A stretch of 64,000 nucleotides of DNA from an uncultured Oribacterium sp. (GTDB taxonomy: Bacteria; Bacillota; Clostridia; Lachnospirales; Lachnospiraceae): assembly GCA_937927445.1 (NCBI GenBank), contig CALAOB010000098.1:6515-70514 (forward strand), written 5' to 3'. The notes beneath the pieces were generated by a model that saw only the letters and a list, made by a program, of their open reading frames with translations, was not told the origin of the DNA and made no database searches. The position numbers and the translations under genes are program-made. Below are positions 26,965 to 34,285 of this stretch, piece by piece; the stretch's first letter is position 1, and each line of letters starts with the position of its first letter.

Positions 26965-27815
26965 GCTTTACCTTCCTTTCGTGTATTACGGAAGATACGG
27001 AAGCGTGTATTCTTATCCATCTCCTTCTGCTCTCTCGTCGGAAGCATCGAGCGCAGGGCTTCGGCGTCCTGTGCACGACAGAGCTTACCGTTTGCAGCGA
27101 CCGACACACGACCGGTCTCCTCCGAGACCACGATCGTAACGGCATCACTCGTCTCGGACATGCCAAGCGCCGCACGATGTCGTGTACCGAAGTCCTTCGA
27201 GATATCGGTATCGGACAGCGGCAGATAGCAGGTCGCGGCGGTAACCTTGTCGCCGACGATCGTGACCGCACCATCATGCAGCGGTGTGTTCTTCTCAAAG
27301 ATATTGATCAGCAGTGCCGCCGACACGATGCCGTTGATGCGGATACCGGTCTCTTCGATTTCCTTCAGTGGCTGATTCTGCTGGATCACGATGAGTGCTC
27401 CTGTCTTCTTCTTCGCCATCTCAAAGGTCGCGCGGATGATTTCATTGATCGTCGTCACACTGGCGTCGTCGATCCCGTCATCCGGAATCAGATTCGAGAT
27501 GAAGTTCCGGCTGCCGAGCTGCTCCAGTGCTTTCCGGAGCTCCGGCTGGAAGATGACGACGGTCGCGATGATGGCGGCGGTCGAGATACGTTCGATCAGC
27601 CACATGATCGTCGTGAGGTGCAGGATGGCGGCCACGGTGATAAAGGCGGCGATGACCAGCAGTCCCTTGAGCAGCTCCCAGGCCCTCGTATTCTTGATCC
27701 AGAGAAGGAACTCATATACGAGTACCGCGAGGATTATGATCTCGAGGATGTTGGTATAGCCGATCGGTGGCAGGAGGCTCACCCAGCTTTTCATTTTTTC
27801 AATCATTCCTGTCAT
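26961..27815 (-). CDS. cdaA: diadenylate cyclase CdaA (DacA)
   Basis: Three N-terminal TM helices plus a DAC domain (TPLHDGAVTI, GTRHRAALGMSETSDA). Confidence 0.92.
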   Translation of the reverse strand: MTGMIEKMKSWVSLLPPIGYTNILEIIILAVLVYEFLLWIKNTRAWELLKGLLVIAAFITVAAILHLTTIMWLIERISTAAIIATVVIFQPELRKALEQLGSRNFISNLIPDDGIDDASVTTINEIIRATFEMAKKKTGALIVIQQNQPLKEIEETGIRINGIVSAALLINIFEKNTPLHDGAVTIVGDKVTAATCYLPLSDTDISKDFGTRHRAALGMSETSDAVTIVVSEETGRVSVAANGKLCRAQDAEALRSMLPTREQKEMDKNTRFRIFRNTRKEGKA

Positions 27816-27820
27816 TCGAA

Positions 27821-28726
27821 TTATGCCTCATTTCCTGATTTCAGCTTCGGAATCGCCTTTACAAAATAGAAATAGTCATCATCCTCGAAGCGTAAGCGCT
27901 CCGTTCCCTTATAGTCCGCGCCATGAAAGGCCAGTGCATACAGGAAGGAAAGGATGCCGGAAAGAATCACGCCGATCAGTGCCGTACCGAAGGAAAAGGC
28001 GGCGCCGAGGCGTGCGGATCCGATGGCGGAAACCACCAGGATCGAGAGGAGCCCGACGATGACCGCCACTCCCCAGTTATACGAAAACACCATCTGATGG
28101 AGGATAAACACCAGTACGATGCAGATGGCGAAGGCCATGATGGACACGATCATCGTGCGGTTCTGGAAGTAGCCCTGGAAAATAGCGGCATACTGGCTCG
28201 CCATCTCCATCGGATCCTTCGTCGACACACTGAGCTGCGATGCGTTCTCCGAGATATACTCGATGAAATAATACATCATCACACCGATGGAGACCGGCAC
28301 GATGGACATCAGTCCGAGGCTGAGTCCCGCGATGACCGGAAGTACATAGGGTACATGCAGATAAAAGAACAGTGGCACCAGGACGATCAGAATCGCATTT
28401 CCTGCACGGAAGGCAGACTGTGCGAGCGCCATCAGCAGGAGGATGAAGGCCGCCATGAGGGCCAGCTCCATCGATGTGCCATAGGCATTGCCCAGCACGA
28501 AGACCGCCGACATAACCGTGACGGCTGTCCACGGAAGGAACGAGCACAGCGCCGCAGCGGCGATCGCGATCAGCAGACTGCCGAACATGGTGTCGGAGCC
28601 TATGCGAAGCCGGATCATGAAAAAGCACACGAACGCGGTCAGCGCCTTCAGTACAGGTGTGAGCCAGTATTCATTTTTGATGTAAAACTTCTGTAATTCA
28701 TCCTTCATATCGACCAGCTGTGTCAT
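27821..28726 (-). CDS. uncharacterised polytopic membrane protein
   Basis: 301 aa with about 8 hydrophobic segments. Translationally coupled to its neighbours. Confidence 0.75.
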   Translation of the reverse strand: MTQLVDMKDELQKFYIKNEYWLTPVLKALTAFVCFFMIRLRIGSDTMFGSLLIAIAAAALCSFLPWTAVTVMSAVFVLGNAYGTSMELALMAAFILLLMALAQSAFRAGNAILIVLVPLFFYLHVPYVLPVIAGLSLGLMSIVPVSIGVMMYYFIEYISENASQLSVSTKDPMEMASQYAAIFQGYFQNRTMIVSIMAFAICIVLVFILHQMVFSYNWGVAVIVGLLSILVVSAIGSARLGAAFSFGTALIGVILSGILSFLYALAFHGADYKGTERLRFEDDDYFYFVKAIPKLKSGNEA

Positions 28727-29544
28727 CGTTTCTCTTCCTCGTGATGTTTTCTGAAATCCATGAGCTGTATGCCATCCGCAGATGCTCTGCCCGTGTCACT
28801 GTGCGTCTTCGACTCGACCGGATTGTCCAGCCAGCCACCCTCGTCGCCGGTGGTTACAGTATCGTCTCCCTCGTCGAGCCAGCCGCCCTCCGGTTCGACT
28901 GGATCATCCAGCCAGCCATTCTCTGGTTCGATCGGATCATCCAGCCACTCCTCTTCTTCCCGGACCGCAGGCTGCGCCGCATTCTTTCGCAGCGTATGCT
29001 GCGCTGCTGCCTGTTTCGGGGCAGCCGTCGCGTTCCTCCTTCTGTCCAGCTGCGGCTGCTTCGCCTGTCGCTCAGGCACATCCTCCATGATGCGGATCTT
29101 CCCGCCCTTCTCCTTATAGAACTCGGAGCCGGCGCTCTCTATATCGAGCTTCGTATCCGGTGCCTCCTCGAGCTGCAGCAGCTTATCTAGCTTCGCCATA
29201 TAGTAGAGGCTCTTCCGATGAAGATCATCATAGGCCCGTGCATAGCGTACGTAGGAAAACGCCATCATTCCCACGAAGCCGAGCACATAAATGAAAAGAA
29301 GAACCCGGACCGCAGCCACGATAAACGGGATGTTCAGATGCATCAGAAGCTCCTCGAGATTGATCAGCATCAGCAACATGGACACCAGAATAAAGCACAG
29401 TGTGTAGTGCACGAGTGCCATGAACATCCTCCGGGAGAGATAGTCTCCCTTGAAATATCTGCTTACATCCCGTATCGCCTTTCCCTCTTTACGGTCATAA
29501 ATCGAAAGCTGGGTCATCAGGCGGATCTTCTCAACATTCAGCAT
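28723..29544 (-). CDS. uncharacterised 2-TM protein with C-terminal GWLD(D/E/N)P repeats
   Basis: 273 aa. Four repeats: EWLDDPIEPEN, GWLDDPVEPEG, GWLDEGDD and GWLDNPVES. Confidence 0.75.
   Translation of the reverse strand: MLNVEKIRLMTQLSIYDRKEGKAIRDVSRYFKGDYLSRRMFMALVHYTLCFILVSMLLMLINLEELLMHLNIPFIVAAVRVLLFIYVLGFVGMMAFSYVRYARAYDDLHRKSLYYMAKLDKLLQLEEAPDTKLDIESAGSEFYKEKGGKIRIMEDVPERQAKQPQLDRRRNATAAPKQAAAQHTLRKNAAQPAVREEEEWLDDPIEPENGWLDDPVEPEGGWLDEGDDTVTTGDEGGWLDNPVESKTHSDTGRASADGIQLMDFRKHHEEEKR
28810..28947 (-). repeat. coding tandem repeats (about 33 nt, four imperfect copies) encoding the GWLDxP motif
   Basis: The plus strand shows recurring tccagccagcc.. units. Confidence 0.7.
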
Positions 29545-29547
29545 GGA

Positions 29548-30849
29548 TCAGTACCCTCTTGCCTGTCTCGCGCGCTCGGCATAATTTGAATCCGGGTGTG
29601 CGCCGATGATTTTATCAAACAGTGTGTTGGCCTCGTCGGTTCTTCCCATATTCTGGTAGAGACGTCCGAGGAGATACATATTTTCCGGTTCCTCGCGGAT
29701 CGCCAGGCTCAGATTATACAGCTCGGCTGCCTGATCCTTGTTTCCGCTGTTCCAGGCACTGGTCGCCTGGTCGGCGAGCTCCTGATAGATCGAGCCCTCC
29801 ATCTGTACCTTGATGCTCTGCAACTGCTGCAGCATGGTCGCATCACTGATCTGACTCTGATCGAGGCCCGTATAGAGCTTCGCAGCCTGAAGGGTATCAC
29901 CATTCGCCAGTGCTGTCCGAATCTCGTTCAGTGCCTGGTACTGCCCCATGAAGGAGGCATTGGCATTCTCAAACTGCGAGACCTGATCCGCCGCCTCAGC
30001 GTACTGCGATTCCAGCGTATCGTAGGAATCCTTCAGCTCCGCGTAGGCACGGTTCGAGGCATCAAGCTTCTCGGTATAGGAGATCAGCTCGCGGTTGTTC
30101 TCGGCATTGAGCGCCTTCGTCTTCGCCGGCATGATCAGGAGATAGAACGCGAAGAGCGCCAGGATCACACCGACGAAGATGTAGCCGACGACCATCCACG
30201 GGGACACCTGCTTCACCTCCTGCGGGATCAGCACATCATCGTCCGTCATCTTCCGGTGGGAAAATGCATTCTTCAGGCGGCTCTGCTCGACCTCCTTCCG
30301 GCCGGTGTTATGCTTGACCTCATCCATCAGCACGAGCGCCTTCGGATTGTTGCGGTCGATCTTCAGCACGAGGTAGAGGCTGCGCCCCGCCTTCACCCAG
30401 TCCTCTCTCTTCATATATAGAAGGGCAAGCAGGATATGCGCCTTGATATAGTTCGGGCTGTCCTGGATGACCTGGTTGAGCTGCATGATGGCGAGGTCCT
30501 CGTTGTTGTTCTGCGCGTAGTCCAGTGCCTGATTATAGCGCTTGACATTGTCCGAACAGATACGGAGGATCGCCGGCTTCCGCTGGATCTCATCGAGGTA
30601 ATGATCCGCGATGTTATCCTGTGGCAGCAGGTTCATACTGATGACCCACTGCACGAGCGCATCCGCGGTCTCGCCGCACTCGAAAAAGATAAGGCCCAGG
30701 AGATTGCGCGCATCCTTCTGATACTTATCGAAGGTCAGTGACTTCTTCAGCAGCTCGGCGGCTCCGCTCAGATCGCGGAGCCGTGCCCGCTCCAGTCCCA
30801 GATTGTAGTAGCAGTTTGCGATCTGCTCCAGCATTACGTCATACTTCAT
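29548..30849 (-). CDS. TPR-repeat protein with a central TM helix and a coiled-coil
   Basis: 433 aa with TPR-like helices at both ends. TM helix VVGYIFVGVILALFAFYLLI. Confidence 0.8.
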   Translation of the reverse strand: MKYDVMLEQIANCYYNLGLERARLRDLSGAAELLKKSLTFDKYQKDARNLLGLIFFECGETADALVQWVISMNLLPQDNIADHYLDEIQRKPAILRICSDNVKRYNQALDYAQNNNEDLAIMQLNQVIQDSPNYIKAHILLALLYMKREDWVKAGRSLYLVLKIDRNNPKALVLMDEVKHNTGRKEVEQSRLKNAFSHRKMTDDDVLIPQEVKQVSPWMVVGYIFVGVILALFAFYLLIMPAKTKALNAENNRELISYTEKLDASNRAYAELKDSYDTLESQYAEAADQVSQFENANASFMGQYQALNEIRTALANGDTLQAAKLYTGLDQSQISDATMLQQLQSIKVQMEGSIYQELADQATSAWNSGNKDQAAELYNLSLAIREEPENMYLLGRLYQNMGRTDEANTLFDKIIGAHPDSNYAERARQARGY

Positions 30850-31007
30850 TTAGCACTCTCATCCTTTTTATGCTTGATGGCCTCCTCGATGAGACTGGTC
30901 ATGATGTCGTTCATATCCGTGAGGTCTACCTTCGCGATGGCATCCTCGATCTGATCGACATCGAGACTCGGCTTAAAACGTTTGATTTCTTCTTCGTAAC
31001 TGATCAT
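30846..31007 (-). CDS. small acidic protein (53 aa), translationally coupled to the TPR gene
   Basis: Hand-translated as MISYEEEIKRFKPSLDVDQIEDAIAKVDLTDMNDIMTSLIEEAIKHKKDESAK. Its stop overlaps the TPR start (ATGA). Below the ORF-track size cutoff, and the SD is weak. Confidence 0.5.
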   Translation of the reverse strand: MISYEEEIKRFKPSLDVDQIEDAIAKVDLTDMNDIMTSLIEEAIKHKKDESAK

Positions 31008-31209
31008 ATACTTCTTTCTACGGTTGTTCGGGGACCTGCAGCGCAGCGCGTACGCACCCTTGATTCTCGGATGGCTGAACTGCGGGCCTGAACTACACTC
31101 TCGATCTGATGGCGTGTCCGCCCCGGGATTTCCGGATGGCCGACAGTGGTCAGACGGTGCCCCGGCTTTCGTTTCCTTCTGTTTCAGTGATCTGAAATCC
31201 GTTCATCGC

Positions 31210-31238
31210 TTGACACAGTGGGACGCAGTCGATAGAAT
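31210..31238 (+). promoter_or_regulatory. candidate promoter (TTGACA-17-TAGAAT) for the only plus-strand gene
   Basis: Hexamers with a 17-nt spacer. Implies a roughly 180-nt leader. Confidence 0.5.
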
Positions 31239-31424
31239 CGGCATTGTGCCTTTTATGGCGTCGGACAATGCAGACGACCAGCGCTGCGATCACGTCGCGG
31301 GAGAGATCGATTTCTTCCAGATGACATGCGAGTGCAATTTCAAATCATCTGTTTAGTCTATCACATTCCATATGGGCATTCAAGAAAACTAAATTACGAG
31401 ATTATTAGGAAATTGAGGTCAAAA

Positions 31425-31925
31425 ATGGAAGCACTTGTAAGCTTTGTCACCACTCACCTGACGGGACTCCTCTCGAAGGACGCCATCGTCTTCATCATTT
31501 CCTTGATGCCGATCCTGGAGCTCCGTGGCGGACTCCTCGCATCCTCGCTACTGGGCGTGCCGTATCTGCGTGCACTGGTCCTCTGCATCGTCGGAAATCT
31601 CCTCCCGATCCCGCTGATCCTCCTCTTCATCGAGAAGATCGTGCTGGCCTGTGAGCATTTCGGACCGACGCAGGGCATCGCGCGAAAGCTCCGCGAGAAG
31701 GTCGAGAAGAACCAGGCATCGATTCAAAAGTATGATTTCTGGGGCCTTGTGCTCTTCGTCGGCATCCCGCTCCCGGGCACCGGCGCATGGACCGGCTCCC
31801 TCGTCGCCGGCCTCCTGCACATGCCGCGGAAGAAATCCTTCCTCGCCATCATCGTCGGCGTACTGCTCGCCTCCGTCATCATGTCGATCATCTCCTACGG
31901 CGTGCTCGACGCGCTCATCCACTGA
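31425..31925 (+). CDS. small membrane protein of the COG2426 'putative small multidrug export' family
   Basis: Start MEALVSF with a GAGGT SD. Carries the IPLPGTGAWTG motif. About 166 aa with 4 TM helices. Confidence 0.6.
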   Translation: MEALVSFVTTHLTGLLSKDAIVFIISLMPILELRGGLLASSLLGVPYLRALVLCIVGNLLPIPLILLFIEKIVLACEHFGPTQGIARKLREKVEKNQASIQKYDFWGLVLFVGIPLPGTGAWTGSLVAGLLHMPRKKSFLAIIVGVLLASVIMSIISYGVLDALIH

Positions 31926-31937
31926 CTTAAACTGTGG

Positions 31938-31976
31938 TGGCCCGGCAGTGGACTCCGTGACCGATCACGCATTTCG
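31938..31976 (+). repeat. solo arm of the palindrome sub-family represented by element D
   Basis: ggcccggcagtggactccgtgaccgatcacgcatttcg closely matches the reverse complement of D's right arm (ggccggcggtggactttgtgaccgatcacgcatttcg). Confidence 0.7.
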
Positions 31977-32001
31977 ATAGCGATGGAAAATCAAACAATC
32001 C

Positions 32002-32219
32002 GGCAGAGGCTCGTCTTCAGAGCCTGGTCGCACGAGTCGTAAGAATCTAAAACAGGACCCTTAAGAGGCACTAGGCCCTCTGCAAACGACGGAGTTTCCT
32101 TTTATGGAAACTCCGTGTTACAGAGGGGAACAAGGAAAAATTACTCCAAGTGCCTCTAAAGGGTCCTGTTTTGATTCTTATCTTCCTCGGCTCTAAGGTT
32201 CTGTAGACGAGTCTCGGCC
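32002..32219 (+). repeat. long imperfect palindrome, copy A (about 218 bp)
   Basis: Arms pair along almost the full length. Shares its core and one-sided bulge with copies B and C. Confidence 0.85.
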
Positions 32220-32303
32220 ATGATCGTTATGATACCATCCGCAACAGGAATGCGCATCCTGCAAATCTGTCTCTATCGTCCATCCGTGTAATCTTTACGC
32301 CAT

Positions 32304-32339
32304 AAAACAAAAAAGAACCGATTCCATCGAATCGATTCT
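32304..32339 (-). terminator. rho-independent terminator after tRNA-Leu
   Basis: AGAAUCGAUUC-GAUG-GAAUCGGUUCU followed by UUUUUGUUUU. Confidence 0.8.
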
Positions 32340-32343
32340 TTCA

Positions 32344-32426
32344 TGCGGAAGAAGGGATTTGAACCCTCAAGAGTGTAACCTCACACGGACCTGAACCGTG
32401 CGCGTCTGCCGTTCCGCCACTTCCGC
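32344..32426 (-). tRNA. trnL: tRNA-Leu (anticodon CAG), long variable arm, no encoded CCA
   Basis: Acceptor GCGGAAG/CTTCCGC, anticodon stem CACGG/CCGTG with loop UUCAGGU, T-loop GGTTCAAATCC. Confidence 0.9.
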
Positions 32427-32436
32427 GAACTCGTAT

Positions 32437-32465
32437 ATAATAGCATGATGATATGGGTTCGTCAA
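32437..32465 (-). promoter_or_regulatory. sigma-A promoter of tRNA-Leu (TTGACG-17-TATTAT)
   Basis: Hexamers with a 17-nt spacer, 10 nt upstream of the mature 5' end. Confidence 0.65.
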
Positions 32466-32577
32466 CAACTATTTTTCACTTTTTCAGAATAATTTTGACC
32501 TGATTTCGAACGTTTTCGAAGCACTGACTCAGCCAGCCATAATTATGCTTTCACCATACTCGGAATGCCAGATTACA

Positions 32578-32809
32578 GTGCAGAGGCCGGCGGTGAGGCT
32601 CTGTGACCGTAGAGCATTTCGATGTCTGTCCCAGGCGTTCTGCTAGGGGCGTCCCAATGTCCTATGTGCGCCCGAATTGTCTGAGGTCTGTTTTCCCATC
32701 AGGAAAACAGGCCGAGTATCGGGCGCTGGTTTGACGCCCCTTGCAGAAAGCGTGGTTGACAGACCCGAAATGCGTGATCGGTCACAAAGTCCACCGCCGG
32801 CCTCTTCAC
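32578..32809. repeat. long imperfect palindrome, copy D (about 232 bp, divergent sub-family)
   Basis: Terminal arms gtgcagaggccggcggtg / caccgccggcctcttcac. Nested stems aggggcgtc/gacgcccct and gcgcccga/tcgggcgc. Apical stem ctgttttcc/ggaaaacag. Confidence 0.8.
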
Positions 32810-32836
32810 GTTCGCTCGTCAGAATAGCCATGCGCA

Positions 32837-32867
32837 TTAAAAAACCGACAGGACGAATCCTGTCGGT
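32837..32867 (-). terminator. rho-independent terminator of infC-rpmI-rplT
   Basis: ACCGACAGGA-UUCG-UCCUGUCGGU followed by UUUUUUAA, 7 nt after the rplT stop. Confidence 0.85.
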
Positions 32868-32873
32868 TGAAGA

Positions 32874-33230
32874 TTACTTGTTGAGGTTAGCCTTTGCAGT
32901 CTCAGCGAGCTTTGCAAATCCCTCCGGATCAGCGATTGCGATCTCGGAAAGCATCTTACGGTTCATATCGATGCCGGCATTCTTGAGGCCGAACATGAAC
33001 TTGCTGTAGGAAAGACCATTCAGTCTTGCAGCTGCGTTGATACGAGCGATCCAGAGCTGTCTGAACTGTCTCTTTCTCTCCTTACGGCCTCTGTAGGACT
33101 CCGTAAGTGCTCTCATTACGCTCTGCTTCGCTACTCTATAGTGCTTGGAGCGAGATCCTCTGTAGCCTTTAGCAAGCTTGAGTACTCTATTATGCTTCTT
33201 CTTAGCGTTTAATCCGCCCTTAATTCTCAT
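32874..33230 (-). CDS. rplT: 50S ribosomal protein L20
   Basis: 118-aa basic protein with the motif [18 protein letters not shown]. Confidence 0.95.
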   Translation of the reverse strand: MRIKGGLNAKKKHNRVLKLAKGYRGSRSKHYRVAKQSVMRALTESYRGRKERKRQFRQLWIARINAAARLNGLSYSKFMFGLKNAGIDMNRKMLSEIAIADPEGFAKLAETAKANLNK

Positions 33231-33258
33231 TTTAATTTCCTCCTCTAAAGTCTACAAA

Positions 33259-33462
33259 TCAAAGGTATGGAAGAATCTTCTTCATCGTCTTAACGTTGGT
33301 CTGATCAAGAACAGTATCCTTGCGCAGGCCTCTCTTACGCTTCGTTGTCTTCTTGGTGAGAATGTGAGACTTGTAAGCCTTGTTTCTTACAAGCTTTCCT
33401 GTGCCAGTAACTTTAAAGCGCTTAGCAGCAGCTCTCTTTGTCTTCAGCTTTAACTTTGCCAT
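33259..33462 (-). CDS. rpmI: 50S ribosomal protein L35
   Basis: 67 aa, beginning [23 protein letters not shown]. Confidence 0.95.
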   Translation of the reverse strand: MAKLKLKTKRAAAKRFKVTGTGKLVRNKAYKSHILTKKTTKRKRGLRKDTVLDQTNVKTMKKILPYL

Positions 33463-33479
33463 AACAGCCTCCTGTGATT

Positions 33480-34001
33480 TTACTTTTTCGGGCTTATTAC
33501 AATCGCCATGTTTCTGCCTTCTACCTTCGCCGGCTTATCGAGGACTGCGATGTCCTTCAGCTGCTCGGCGAACTCGTCAAGGATGTACTTGGACTGATTC
33601 ATACGAGACATCTCACGGCCTCTGAATCGAAGAGCTACCTTGACCTTATTGCCCTTCTCGAGGAACTTACGTGCAGCGGATAACTTCGTGTTGAGATCGT
33701 TCTGATCGATGTTCGGCGTCATACGGATCTCCTTCAGCTCAGTTACGCGCTGATTACGCTTGGCTTCCTTTTCCTTACGCATCATCTCGTAACGATACTT
33801 ACCGAAGTCGGCGATCTTTACAACAGGCGGCGTTGCAGTCGGAGCGATCTTGATAAGATCCAGGTCCTTCTCCTTTGCCATCATATAAGCGTCCTTGGAA
33901 GACATGATACCGAGCTGCTCGCCCTCTGCACCAATGACTCTTACCTCTCTGTCACGGATCTGCTCGTTAATTTCGATGCTTGCGTTTTTCTTAATAGCCA
34001 T
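33480..34001 (-). CDS. infC: translation initiation factor IF-3
   Basis: ATG at 34001 gives 173 aa. Contains [14 protein letters not shown] and sits in the infC-rpmI-rplT order. Confidence 0.92.
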   Translation of the reverse strand: MAIKKNASIEINEQIRDREVRVIGAEGEQLGIMSSKDAYMMAKEKDLDLIKIAPTATPPVVKIADFGKYRYEMMRKEKEAKRNQRVTELKEIRMTPNIDQNDLNTKLSAARKFLEKGNKVKVALRFRGREMSRMNQSKYILDEFAEQLKDIAVLDKPAKVEGRNMAIVISPKK

Positions 34002-34032
34002 AAACTCCTCTCCACATACACTGGTCGAATGC

Positions 34033-34065
34033 AAAAAAATGGCGGATTGTAAGCCAATCCACCAT
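34033..34065 (-). terminator. leader attenuator hairpin upstream of infC
   Basis: AUGGUGGAUUG-GCUUA-CAAUCCGCCAU followed by UUUUUUU, inside the 5' UTR about 30 nt before the infC start. Confidence 0.7.
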
Positions 34066-34165
34066 AATGAAAATACACGAAGTAATAATCAAATATGAAC
34101 CCGGGTCAGTTATAACTGCCAAGGTGAGGTGGATACCTACTTTCCTTTGTCTTTACGACCATCAT
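34066..34165 (-). promoter_or_regulatory. infC 5' leader, candidate L20-responsive leader (Firmicutes type)
   Basis: About 160-nt UTR between the promoter and the start, ending in an intrinsic terminator. This organisation is known for B. subtilis infC. The L20-binding fold itself was not verified. Confidence 0.45.
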
Positions 34166-34194
34166 AGATTAGCACCAGTCCGTACTGATGTCAA
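34166..34194 (-). promoter_or_regulatory. candidate infC operon promoter (TTGACA-17-TAATCT with TG extension)
   Basis: Consensus -35 with a 17-nt spacer. Confidence 0.55.
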
Positions 34195-34285
34195 GCCTGT
34201 ATTTATTTCTTTTGGCGACATTTTCGCACCCCGCTGTATGCATTGGCCGAACCCTTGTTCCCACGGGCAATGTCTCCATCCGGGC

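Noticed and set aside
31024-31356. 110-aa plus-strand ORF and a no-start minus-strand frame in the divergent spacer
   Set aside because: There is no SD or credible start, and the sequence is not recognisable. It is retained only as a possible gene remnant in the findings.
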